NCBI GenBank assembly: GCA_964533825.1 | Contig: CAZHMU010000009.1 | Coordinates: forward strand, 1,168-65,167 | Length of the DNA: 64,000 nt | Source of the DNA: an uncultured Oscillospiraceae bacterium | GTDB lineage: Bacteria > Bacillota > Clostridia > Christensenellales > CAG-314 | Reading direction: 5' to 3' | In this document: piece by piece, positions 28,134 to 36,183 of the stretch | How the letters are laid out: each line of letters opens with the position of its first letter | Numbering within the stretch: the stretch's first letter is position 1 | The notes under the pieces: generated by a model | Database searches by the model: none | Told to the model about the DNA's origin: nothing | What the model saw: only the letters and a program-made list of their open reading frames with translations | Position numbers and translations under genes: made by a program

Positions 28134-28162
28134 ATTGTACTACAATTTGATTTTGCAATCAA
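28134..28162 (-). promoter_or_regulatory. Sigma-A type promoter for the upp leader
   Basis: Minus strand: TTGATT, 17-nt spacer, TACAAT. Confidence 0.5.
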
Positions 28163-28230
28163 GCGTTTTGGGGTTTGTGTTTTAATATTTTTTTTGTAGG
28201 TATTATAAGATGGTATTTACATAACAAAAT

Positions 28231-28259
28231 ATGCTCTATAAGTTTGACCTATAGAGCAT
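28231..28259 (-). terminator. Hairpin downstream of the methyltransferase gene
   Basis: 10-bp stem ATGCTCTATA/TATAGAGCAT. The T-tract on the minus strand is weak. Confidence 0.45.
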
Positions 28260-28278
28260 TGTTAGTTATATAAGCATA

Positions 28279-28833
28279 TTAAATTTTCTTAAACACAAAC
28301 AGGTATTCGTGGGCGAGTAGCAAAAAGTTGTATTTTACGCTATTTGTTTTCCAAAAACCTGTTGCTTTGCAATTGTGTTGTTCTTTTATGATTATTTCTT
28401 TTGCTTTGAATCCTGCAAGTTCAAAAATGCGCATTGTTTCAAATGCAAGAGGTTGTACCATGCCATTTTTACGAGTATCGCCCATCAATACAGCACAATA
28501 CTTGCCCTTTTTTAAAACTCTATAGCTTTCCTCGGCAACCTTGCCAATTTCCATCAAAAATGGCTTGATGGATAGTTGTGACAAGTCGCCATCGATACCA
28601 TCGCTGTATTGAATAATATCTGCATAGGGTGGATGTGTGCAAATGAGGTCAACGCTTTCGTCAGGCAAGTCCAATTTGCGAGCATCGCCAAGACGGATGG
28701 AAATATCCACGTTTGAGTCAAACTCAAAATCGCATTTTCTTTGAGAAAGTTCTACAGCGTTAGGATTGATGTCAATGCCAATAAAGTTTCTGCCTGTTAG
28801 CTTTGCTTCAACTGCGGTTGTGCCACCGCCCAC
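28279..28833 (-). CDS. SAM-dependent DNA (N6-A/N4-C) methyltransferase, apparently 5'-truncated
   Basis: Motif I (ILDQF)VGGGTTAVEA..GRNFIGIDINP sits at the very N-terminus and motif IV is CTHPPY. In-frame TAA and TAG lie 6-7 codons upstream of the GTG. No RBS is visible. Related enzymes, as I recall them, carry about 40-60 residues before motif I. Confidence 0.6.
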   Translation of the reverse strand: MGGGTTAVEAKLTGRNFIGIDINPNAVELSQRKCDFEFDSNVDISIRLGDARKLDLPDESVDLICTHPPYADIIQYSDGIDGDLSQLSIKPFLMEIGKVAEESYRVLKKGKYCAVLMGDTRKNGMVQPLAFETMRIFELAGFKAKEIIIKEQHNCKATGFWKTNSVKYNFLLLAHEYLFVFKKI

Positions 28834-28863
28834 AAATTGGTCTAAAATAATCTATTATGATAT

Positions 28864-29193
28864 TTAACTAATCATCTGTTTTAGTTGTTTTAATATTAGA
28901 AAGATGTGATTGCTACATTGGTTTTCTTCGTAATGTTTTTCTTCTTCTGTCCACAAATATTCTACAATCTTTTTAATGTTATTCTTTAGAGACTCATCCA
29001 ATAGTTGCTCTCCTATAATGCAGTTTTCATTAAAGCCGTTTTTTGTTATCCATTGATTATTTTTTAATAGTGAATTAAGCGCATCACCCATATTATGCCC
29101 AGATGCTTGACCTAAAACCTGAAGGTTTTCTACTGGTTGATTAGTTGGACTTTCGGTATAGCCATCTGGTGTGTAAAATATATATCGTTTCAT
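28864..29193 (-). CDS. Hypothetical 109-aa protein in the DpnI-like operon
   Basis: TAATG overlap with the upstream endonuclease gene. No recognised motif. Confidence 0.45.
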   Translation of the reverse strand: MKRYIFYTPDGYTESPTNQPVENLQVLGQASGHNMGDALNSLLKNNQWITKNGFNENCIIGEQLLDESLKNNIKKIVEYLWTEEEKHYEENQCSNHIFLILKQLKQMIS

Positions 29194-29960
29194 TACTTTT
29201 TTCTATAAACCCCGTTTCCTAAGAATTCTATATATCCCTTATCTCGAAGTATTTGAAGCTGTTGGCGTATTTTTGCTTCAACATTTTTATTTTGCGGATG
29301 CAATGTTGATAAAAAATGAGCAAACTTGTATACATCTCCTAATGTGAATAAATCTTGTGGGATTTGATTGATGCAGTTTAGCACATCAATTAACCAACTT
29401 CTTTTATCAATGCTTTCAATATATAATGAATTGCTTCTATTTACGCATCGAACAACATCCAGCGCGCTATTTACTAAGCCGTCCTTTACTATGTCAATTC
29501 GACCTTGTAGCGGTATCTTGTCAATTAAAATATTACACCCTATCCAACCTGCACGGCGAGCAGACTGGGATAAAGGGGCACGAGCTTCAATAACCGATGG
29601 TGTAAAAAAGTGTCTGGGGATTATTATTAAATCCTTTACACGATATTCTATTTTTGAATAGCTCATAAACAAAAAATCAGGGTTTTGATTGCTTGTTATT
29701 CTTGAAATCATAGTTGAGTATGCGCCATCATTAATTTTGTTTCTTATTGGGCCAACTTTGCTTTTTAATTCAAATTGATTATTGCAAGATGGGCAATAAA
29801 AATCAGCTACTGGTCGATTGTTTTCAAAATGCAAAATATGGGTATTTCCACATCTTGGGCAGTACAAATTGTCTAACACCCATTGTTCAGTTAAAACACG
29901 TGCCTTTTGTGTATTGCTATGATATTGATTTGTAATATTAGTATTAAAATCCAAGTTCAT
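29193..29960 (-). CDS. DpnI-family methyl-directed type IIM restriction endonuclease
   Basis: 255 aa. Blocks QKARVLTEQWV..YCPRCG...HFENNRPVADFYCPSC..QFELKS, NDGAYSTM, ARRAGWIGCNI and C-terminal KIRQQLQILRDKGYIEF match my memory of S. pneumoniae DpnI end to end. Confidence 0.8.
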   Translation of the reverse strand: MNLDFNTNITNQYHSNTQKARVLTEQWVLDNLYCPRCGNTHILHFENNRPVADFYCPSCNNQFELKSKVGPIRNKINDGAYSTMISRITSNQNPDFLFMSYSKIEYRVKDLIIIPRHFFTPSVIEARAPLSQSARRAGWIGCNILIDKIPLQGRIDIVKDGLVNSALDVVRCVNRSNSLYIESIDKRSWLIDVLNCINQIPQDLFTLGDVYKFAHFLSTLHPQNKNVEAKIRQQLQILRDKGYIEFLGNGVYRKK

Positions 29961-29961
29961 A

Positions 29962-30159
29962 TTATTGCAGTTTGTCCTTATTTTCTTTTTTTCGTTTATC
30001 TATGGGCTTTTCGGCTGTGCTTGGAATAATCCACATATTGCCAACCATCATTGCACCTTTGATGCGTTCTTCTGAACACAGGATAGCAACTCTTCTTTGA
30101 GAAATATTCCATTTTTGAGCAGCTTCTTTTGCTGACATATAACTAAGCATAGCAATCAC
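29962..30159 (-). CDS. Small helix-turn-helix DNA-binding protein (possible controller)
   Basis: 65 aa. SAKEAAQKWNISQRRVAILCSEERIKGAMMVGNMWIIP is typical of the excisionase/MerR-like HTH_17 type. First gene of the operon. Confidence 0.65.
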   Translation of the reverse strand: MIAMLSYMSAKEAAQKWNISQRRVAILCSEERIKGAMMVGNMWIIPSTAEKPIDKRKKENKDKLQ

Positions 30160-30177
30160 CTCAATTATGATGACTAT

Positions 30178-30206
30178 ATTATATTCTAAATCGCGAATAA
30201 TAGCAA
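30178..30206 (-). promoter_or_regulatory. Promoter of the HTH-DpnI-like operon
   Basis: Minus strand: TTGCTA, 17-nt spacer, TATAAT. Confidence 0.6.
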
Positions 30207-30230
30207 GGGGTTTTCTTATTGAAATAAAAA

Positions 30231-30264
30231 ATAACCTAACTTATTTTTAGCAAAGTTAGGTTAT
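30231..30264 (-). terminator. Terminator of fba
   Basis: Stem ATAACCTAACT/AGTTAGGTTAT with a T-run on the minus strand. Confidence 0.7.
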
Positions 30265-30292
30265 TTGATGGAATAAAATAATTTACTAAGTT

Positions 30293-31228
30293 TTATGCCT
30301 TGTTTGCAGAACCAAGTACGTTGATGATCTTGTGTTTTACCATTTCTTTCATCATTGCACGTGCATCGCCCAAGTATTGACGTGGGTCAAAGTGGTCTGG
30401 GTGTTCAGCAAAGTGCTTGCGGATTGCAGCCGTGAAAGCAACGCGAAGGTCACTGTCGATGTTGATTTTGCAAACAGCCATTGCTGCTGCCTTTTTGAGT
30501 TCGCTCTCGGGGATACCGATAGCGTCAGGCATATGTCCGCCAAATTGGTTAACGATTGCAACCTTGTCTTGTGGAACGGAGCTTGCGCCGTGCAGTACGA
30601 TTGGGAACTCTGGTAAACGCTTGCCGATTTCCTCCAAAATGTCCAAACGGAGCTTTGGATCTTGACCTGGCTTGAACTTGTATGCGCCGTGGCTTGTGCC
30701 GATAGCAATAGCAAGGCTGTCAACACCAGTTTTAGCAACAAACTCTTGTACTTCGTCTGGGTTTGTGAACATTGCATCATCTGCGGAAACGTTTACGTCA
30801 TCCTCGATACCAGCAAGTTTGCCAAGCTCTGCTTCTACAACGCAACCGTGAGCGTGAGCGTACTCAACAACTTGGCGAGTAATTGCGATGTTTTCTTCCC
30901 AAGGTTTACTTGATGCGTCAATCATTACGGATGTAAATCCGCCGTCGATACTTGCTTTACAAATTTCAAAGTCAGCACCGTGGTCAAGGTGAAGTGCAAT
31001 GGGCACTTCGCTTGTTTCTACTGCGGCTTTCACAAGATGGATGAGGTATGTTGGATTAGCATACTTTCTTGCACCTGCGGATACTTGCAAAATCACAGGG
31101 GATTTGCACTCGTTTGCAGCTTCGACAATAGCTTGGATCATCTCCATGTTGTTTACGTTAAAAGCACCAATGGCGTAACCGCCTTCGTAAGCCTTTTTGA
31201 ACATCTCTTTTGTTGTTACAAGTGGCAT
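30293..31228 (-). CDS. fba: Class II fructose-1,6-bisphosphate aldolase
   Basis: MPLVTTKEMFKKAYEGGYAIGAFNVNNME..., LHLDHG, GTSHGAYKF motifs. Confidence 0.95.
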   Translation of the reverse strand: MPLVTTKEMFKKAYEGGYAIGAFNVNNMEMIQAIVEAANECKSPVILQVSAGARKYANPTYLIHLVKAAVETSEVPIALHLDHGADFEICKASIDGGFTSVMIDASSKPWEENIAITRQVVEYAHAHGCVVEAELGKLAGIEDDVNVSADDAMFTNPDEVQEFVAKTGVDSLAIAIGTSHGAYKFKPGQDPKLRLDILEEIGKRLPEFPIVLHGASSVPQDKVAIVNQFGGHMPDAIGIPESELKKAAAMAVCKINIDSDLRVAFTAAIRKHFAEHPDHFDPRQYLGDARAMMKEMVKHKIINVLGSANKA

Positions 31229-31311
31229 AGTTTACCTCCAAAAAATGTTGATATAAATAGATTTTATATAGGGCAAAATGGAATTTTATAAATAAATCCT
31301 AACGATTTTGT

Positions 31312-31340
31312 TGCAAATAACCTGCCCTTATGATATAATA
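31312..31340 (+). promoter_or_regulatory. Promoter of gap
   Basis: TTGCAA, 17-nt spacer, TATAAT with a TGA extended -10. Confidence 0.6.
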
Positions 31341-31426
31341 ACAAAGGTATTGTACCACACCCCTTTGTTTTAGTAAAGCAAAGAGTCAAATTTAAGATAA
31401 AAATTATTTTTTGGAGGATTACTCAA

Positions 31427-32497
31427 ATGGCACAAAAAAATGTTAGAGTTGCAATCAACGGTTTTGGACGTATCGGTCGTCTTGCTTTCCGTCAAATGTT
31501 TGGCGCAAAGGGATACCAAATTGTTGCTATCAACGACCTTACAAGCCCAAAAATGCTTGCACACCTCTTGAAGTACGACACAGCACAAGGTAACTACGTT
31601 GCTATGGGTCACACAGTTGACTACCGCGATGCAGTACTTTCCGAAGATGGCAAAAAGGTTCTTCAACCTGGCGTTATCATCGTAGACGGCAAAGAAATCA
31701 AAGTTTACGCAGAAAAAGACGCAGCTAAACTTCCTTGGAAAAAGCACAAGGTAGACGTAGTTTTGGAATGCACAGGTTTCTACTGCTCCAAGGACAAGAG
31801 CCAAGCTCACATCAACGCTGGCGCAAAGAAAGTTGTTATCTCCGCTCCTGCTGGCAAAGACCTTCCTACAATTGTTTACGGCGTTAACGAAAACGTTTTG
31901 ACAGCTGATGACACAATCATCTCCGCTGCAAGCTGCACAACAAACTGCCTTGCTCCAATGGCTAAGGCTCTCAACGACTACGCACCAATCGTTTCCGGTA
32001 TCATGACAACTGTTCACGCTTACACAGGCGACCAAATGGTACTTGACGGTCCACACCGCAAGGGTGACCTTCGTCGTGCTCGCGCAGCTGCTCAAAACAT
32101 CGTTCCTAACACAACAGGCGCTGCTAAAGCTATCGGTCTTGTTATTCCAGAACTTGACAAAAAACTCATTGGTTCCGCACAACGCGTTCCTGTATGCACA
32201 GGTTCTTCCACAATCTTGGTTGCAGTTGTAAAGGCTGACGAACTCACAGCAGAAGGCATCAACGCTCACATGGCATCCGTTGCTACCGAATCTTACGGTT
32301 ACAACTCCGACATGATCGTTTCCAGCGACGTTATCGGTATGCGTTATGGTTCTTTGTTTGACTCCACTCAAACAATGGTAAGTAGCCTTGGCAATGGTTT
32401 GTGGCAAGTTCAAGTTGTTGCTTGGTACGACAACGAAAACAGCTACACCACACAAATGGTTCGCACAATCAAGTACTTTGCTGAACTTAGCAAATAA
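31427..32497 (+). CDS. gap: Glyceraldehyde-3-phosphate dehydrogenase (type I)
   Basis: INGFGRIGR, active site [27 protein letters not shown]. Confidence 0.95.
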   Translation: MAQKNVRVAINGFGRIGRLAFRQMFGAKGYQIVAINDLTSPKMLAHLLKYDTAQGNYVAMGHTVDYRDAVLSEDGKKVLQPGVIIVDGKEIKVYAEKDAAKLPWKKHKVDVVLECTGFYCSKDKSQAHINAGAKKVVISAPAGKDLPTIVYGVNENVLTADDTIISAASCTTNCLAPMAKALNDYAPIVSGIMTTVHAYTGDQMVLDGPHRKGDLRRARAAAQNIVPNTTGAAKAIGLVIPELDKKLIGSAQRVPVCTGSSTILVAVVKADELTAEGINAHMASVATESYGYNSDMIVSSDVIGMRYGSLFDSTQTMVSSLGNGLWQVQVVAWYDNENSYTTQMVRTIKYFAELSK

Positions 32498-32598
32498 TTG
32501 AATTGTAATTCTCAACAAAAATTAACATAAAAGTCCTTGTGGTCTCCACAAGGGCTTTTTTTATTGACAAACTGCGCAATTTTTTGTACCATTAAACT

Positions 32599-33126
32599 AT
32601 GATTTACTTTATTCGACATGGACAAACAGATTGGAACGTTGCCGAACTTATGCAAGGCCAAACGGACGTCCCATTGAACGACACAGGGCGCTCACAAGCC
32701 CAACAAATGGCAAAAACTCTCAAAGGTGTAACCTTCGACAAGGTGTTTTGTTCACCTCTCACAAGAGCCGTTGAAACCTGCAAAGCAGTGGTGGACGAAA
32801 GTCAAATCACCCTTGATAGTCGTCTTGCCGAGCGTTGCTTTGGCGAGTTCGAAGGGGAGTCCATCTATGTTATGCGTTCTCGCCAATTTTGGAATACCAA
32901 CGGCTACCAAACATTTGAGCGTGCGGAAAGCTTGCAACAGTTCATCGACCGCGTGTACGACTTTTTGGATGAAATAACTCAAAAGTACGCAGGTCAAAAT
33001 GTGTTGCTTGCCGCTCACGGTGGTGTAGGTATGGTGGTGCAAAGTTATTTTCTCGGCAAACCTGCCGACGGCGACTACCTACATTACCTTGTTGCAAATT
33101 GCCAAGTGTTGCAATTTTCCAACTAA
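32599..33126 (+). CDS. Histidine phosphatase (phosphoglycerate mutase family)
   Basis: RHGQTDWN catalytic motif and later AAHGG. Confidence 0.8.
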   Translation: MIYFIRHGQTDWNVAELMQGQTDVPLNDTGRSQAQQMAKTLKGVTFDKVFCSPLTRAVETCKAVVDESQITLDSRLAERCFGEFEGESIYVMRSRQFWNTNGYQTFERAESLQQFIDRVYDFLDEITQKYAGQNVLLAAHGGVGMVVQSYFLGKPADGDYLHYLVANCQVLQFSN

Positions 33127-33330
33127 CAGTTGCGCACATTTGCATATGTGCATTTTGTGTAAGTGTTAGCCTTTGCTCTACAACTTGAGCTACAACAAGC
33201 TGCCAACAGCGCAATTTGCATTGTAAGCCGTCTGCAAAAGCATTGCATTTTCATTTGCATCCACGCAAAACAACAAATGTATCAATTAACAACATTCGAA
33301 TATAAAATATTTTAATTGTCACACAGCAAG

Positions 33331-33345
33331 TGATAAATATTATCA
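33331..33345. promoter_or_regulatory. Fur-box-like 7-1-7 palindrome
   Basis: TGATAAATATTATCA matches 14 of 15 positions of the Bacillus Fur box TGATAATNATTATCA. It lies 20 nt upstream of the -35 at 33365. Confidence 0.45.
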
Positions 33346-33364
33346 CTTATTATACTAAATTTGG

Positions 33365-33393
33365 TTGACAATTCTTTCCTTATTGCGTATAAT
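33365..33393 (+). promoter_or_regulatory. Consensus sigma-A promoter
   Basis: TTGACA, exactly 17-nt spacer, TATAAT. Confidence 0.7.
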
Positions 33394-33399
33394 GTAACT

Positions 33400-33634
33400 A
33401 CAAACAAAATCTTTCTCAATGAATTCGGCGAGACGGATTGCAAAAACTCGTGAAACTCTCAACTTGTTTATGCGTAAACAAATTGACAGCAAACGTTTGT
33501 AAGGCAGACTTTGCCTTTGCGCAACTTGACAACCAAAGTTGTATCGCACGCTTTGAGCAAATTATTGGCGCACACAAACATTTCACATCATATTTGCAAC
33601 CGCTACCCTTTTCATCGAGAAAAGGGTATTTTTT
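33400..33634 (+). ncRNA. Candidate structured leader RNA or small RNA (unclassified), terminator-ended
   Basis: It starts after the consensus promoter. Local hairpins include TTGTTTA-TGCG-TAAACAA, AAGGCA-GACTT-TGCCTT and CAACTT-N8-AAGTTG. A possible closing helix is GGATTGCAAA/TTTGCAACC. It ends in an intrinsic terminator. No SD-preceded ORF is present. Confidence 0.3.
33604..33634 (+). terminator. Rho-independent terminator ending the leader/sRNA
   Basis: Stem TACCCTTTTC/GAAAAGGGTA followed by T6. Confidence 0.8.
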
Positions 33635-33713
33635 GTTGAAAATTCGATATTGAATCATACCCTTACATACATCAATCTTGTTGCTCGTTGTTGCGCAATT
33701 TGGTTTGCCATAA

Positions 33714-33738
33714 CGTAGGAGCGAGCTGTGCTCGTCCG
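33714..33738 (+). repeat. REP-like hairpin repeat, family A, copy 1
   Basis: CGTAGGAGCGAGCTGTGCTCGTCCG. The stem is G(A/G)GCGAGC / GCTCGTCC. Confidence 0.8.
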
Positions 33739-33817
33739 AATATTCAAACAAGTTACTACAAAAATATGGGCAATAGTTTATTACTAAAATTCGATAAACA
33801 TTCCCAAAGGAGAAATT

Positions 33818-34060
33818 ATGAACAGAACAGGAGTTGTGGCAGTTGTCGTAAGTGACGCTCAATCGGTGCCACAAGTACAAACAGTGCTAACCAACCACAG
33901 TAGTGTTATTTGCGGACGTATGGGGATTCCCGATCATGACAGTGGCAAAAACGTCATCGCATTGATTGTCAAGGGCAGTGTTGAGCAAATTTCTGCATTG
34001 ACAGGCGCGCTTGGTCGCATTGCCAACGTTCAAGCAAAAAGTATGCTAACAAAGGATTAA
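33818..34060 (+). CDS. TM1266-family ACT-like small regulator (putative iron-only hydrogenase system regulator family)
   Basis: RBS AAAGGAGAAATT before the ATG. 80 aa. Pattern GVVAVVVSD...V..VL..H...I.GRMGIP.....NVIALIV.G....I.ALTG.LG......KS.L matches my memory of the family. Confidence 0.7.
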   Translation: MNRTGVVAVVVSDAQSVPQVQTVLTNHSSVICGRMGIPDHDSGKNVIALIVKGSVEQISALTGALGRIANVQAKSMLTKD

Positions 34061-34099
34061 AGTTCTTACGCAAACCCAAGGTTCGCTCCCAAGTTCTGC

Positions 34100-34126
34100 T
34101 TGACTTTTGACGTCAAATTCTATAAT
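34100..34126 (+). promoter_or_regulatory. Possible internal promoter with the 12-bp palindrome TTTGACGTCAAA
   Basis: TTGACT, 15-nt spacer, TATAAT. The short spacer consists mostly of the perfect palindrome at 34106-34117. Confidence 0.35.
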
Positions 34127-34133
34127 GGCGAAT

Positions 34134-34158
34134 CGTAGGGGCGAGCTGTGCTCGTCCG
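34134..34158 (+). repeat. REP-like hairpin repeat, family A, copy 2
   Basis: CGTAGGGGCGAGCTGTGCTCGTCCG, identical to the copy at 43219. Confidence 0.85.
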
Positions 34159-34204
34159 CAAACAAACCAATATTACAAAAAATAATTTCAAGAGGAGACT
34201 AACT

Positions 34205-35224
34205 ATGAAAAAACTTATTTCAATTTTACTTGTACTCTTTGTGCTTTGCACGGTTCTTGTTGCTTGCACACCAAACAACCCCGATCCACAATCCTACACA
34301 ATGGTTGCTCCAGATGGCGCACCAGCATTGGCAATAAGTGAGCTTATGGCGAAAAATATGCAATTTGACAACAACTTTACCTACAAGGTTGTTGGCGCAA
34401 ACGACATCAAAACCCACGTTGTGGGCAATGTAAACGCTCATGCCGACTTTGCGTTGTTGCCCATCAACCTTGCATCTTTGTTGCTTGGTGATGGCGACGA
34501 GTACAAAATGGTTGCCGTTGTAACGCACGGAAACCTGTACTTTTTGAGCAAAAACGACACACAAATCACTTTGGACAATGCAAGCACACAACTCAAGGGT
34601 AAGTCTATTGCCGTTGTTAATCTTGCTGCAGTGCCAGGGCTTACCACCAAGGCGCTTCTCACAAAGGTGGGACTTGCTTACACCGAAGACGAGTCTCAAA
34701 GAACGGATGACAATGTGTTCTTGAAGGGCATCAACGGCACAGAAATTGCTACATCCTTGAATGGCGAAAACGCTGTTGACTACGTTGTTGCTCCAGAGCC
34801 AGCCGTATCCACCATCACAGGCAAAGCGCCTGTAATCAAAAAGGTAGGCGCATTGCACGACGTTTATGGCCGTTATCCACAAGCAGTGCTTGTTGTAAAA
34901 AGTAGCATTATCGAAACAAACGTTCAACTTGTCAAAGACGTTGTCAACGCCATCAAGGGCGCAACCGACTACGTCAAGGCAAACACTCAAGATGCAGTTG
35001 ATGCCGTTGCAAGCCACCTTCCCGAAGGCACAACGCCATCCTTCAACGCAAACAACACAACTGCATCATCTGTTGACGGATGTGGCATCAACATCAAAAC
35101 TCTGGATGACACAACATTGCTCACACAAATTGAAACATACATCAACGATATCATCGCGGTAAATGCAACCAGCGCAAATGTATTGCCGGAAACATTTTTG
35201 GTGAACATCAACAAAGTTAAGTAA
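34205..35224 (+). CDS. ABC transporter substrate-binding lipoprotein (NMT1/THI5-like, NitT/TauT family)
   Basis: RBS AGAGGAG. Signal MKKLISILLVLFVLCTVLVAC. Operon with a NitT/TauT-type permease and ATPase. Confidence 0.65.
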   Translation: MKKLISILLVLFVLCTVLVACTPNNPDPQSYTMVAPDGAPALAISELMAKNMQFDNNFTYKVVGANDIKTHVVGNVNAHADFALLPINLASLLLGDGDEYKMVAVVTHGNLYFLSKNDTQITLDNASTQLKGKSIAVVNLAAVPGLTTKALLTKVGLAYTEDESQRTDDNVFLKGINGTEIATSLNGENAVDYVVAPEPAVSTITGKAPVIKKVGALHDVYGRYPQAVLVVKSSIIETNVQLVKDVVNAIKGATDYVKANTQDAVDAVASHLPEGTTPSFNANNTTASSVDGCGINIKTLDDTTLLTQIETYINDIIAVNATSANVLPETFLVNINKVK

Positions 35225-35312
35225 TTGGGCTTTTGATGAAACTATCCGTATTTTGATTGCTAAATTTAAGCCTCGCCCAGTGGCGATAGCGCAATTCATA
35301 CAGTCAGACGAA

Positions 35313-35355
35313 GGCTCCCACTTTGGGGGAGCTGGCAGCGATAGCTGACTGAGAG
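35313..35355 (+). repeat. Hairpin repeat, family B copy (GGCTCCCACTTTGGGGGAGCTG...CTGACTGAGAG)
   Basis: The first 25 nt are identical to 8433-8457 and both copies end in GACTGAGA. Confidence 0.8.
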
Positions 35356-35421
35356 GGTCTTTTTACATCCTTTTCAACTTAATATACAAATTGCAAACAA
35401 TCCCATTTTTACACTATAATA

Positions 35422-36183
35422 ATGAAAAACCTTTTCAAAAAAATATCTCCCATATTTTACCCAATCCTGTCGATAGCGGTGATGCTACTGGTGTGGCACC
35501 TGATTTTTGTGTGGGCTGGTAGCGAGTACGTATTCCCTTCCATTGGCGCAACACTGTCAAAAATGTGGCAGTATTTTACCGATGGTAACTTTTGGCTCGC
35601 CCTTTTATCCACGCTTGGTAGGGTAATGTTGTGTTTTGCGCTTTCCCTTGTGATGGCGCTTGCCGTTGGCGTTTTGTCCAAGTTTGTGCCAGCCGTTGGC
35701 AAGGTGCTTGCGCCCGTTATTGCCCTGTTCCGCTCGGCACCAACCGTCGCTGTGATGGTAATCTTGACCTTGCTTGTCAAGTCTGCCACCGCCCCCATAG
35801 TAGTGGGCTTGTTGGTGGTGTTTCCAATGCTGTACGCAAGTGTCACTTCCGCCATCGACCAAGTGGACAAAGGCCTTGTGGAGATGTGTAGCTTGTACAA
35901 CGTTCCCAAAACACACCAGCTAAAGTATGTTTATTTGCCAACTGTTGCCCCTTACCTTTTGGGCGAATTGCCAGCAACGCTATCCTTTACCGTCAAACTA
36001 ATTATATCTGCGGAAATTTTGTCCTACTCTTACCAAAGCATTGGCGGACTTATCCAATCGGCAAACGTGTATGTAGATATGGCATCACTATTTGCACTTA
36101 CATTGCTGTCGGTGCTGGTTGCCACATTGCTTGACGTCGCATTGCGACTTGTAGCAAAGGCTGTCAAAGGGGGTGCAAGATGA
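35422..36183 (+). CDS. ABC transporter permease (NitT/TauT family)
   Basis: 253-aa six-TM protein in operon context. Confidence 0.75.
   Translation: MKNLFKKISPIFYPILSIAVMLLVWHLIFVWAGSEYVFPSIGATLSKMWQYFTDGNFWLALLSTLGRVMLCFALSLVMALAVGVLSKFVPAVGKVLAPVIALFRSAPTVAVMVILTLLVKSATAPIVVGLLVVFPMLYASVTSAIDQVDKGLVEMCSLYNVPKTHQLKYVYLPTVAPYLLGELPATLSFTVKLIISAEILSYSYQSIGGLIQSANVYVDMASLFALTLLSVLVATLLDVALRLVAKAVKGGAR

Noticed and set aside
23400-30290. A prophage, ICE or transposon interpretation of the AT-rich islets.
   Set aside because: There are no integrase, recombinase or transposase genes. There are no phage structural or replication genes, no tRNA target and no flanking direct repeats within the window.
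33416-33880. Track ORFs across the 33.1-33.8 kb intergenic region: 154 aa on the minus strand and 71 aa on the plus strand (33438-33653).
   Set aside because: They have no SD. They run through a consensus promoter, a terminator hairpin and a REP element, and their composition is Cys/Phe-rich nonsense. The region is better explained as non-coding regulatory RNA.
35341-35356. CTGAGA motif (also at about 8469) that could hint at a TPP riboswitch in front of the NMT1/THI5-like transporter permease gene.
   Set aside because: The rest of the THI-box is absent (no ACCTGATCTGGATAATGCCAGCG-like segment and no matching P1-P5 helices). The CTGAGA is part of a dispersed hairpin repeat that is also found in unrelated contexts.
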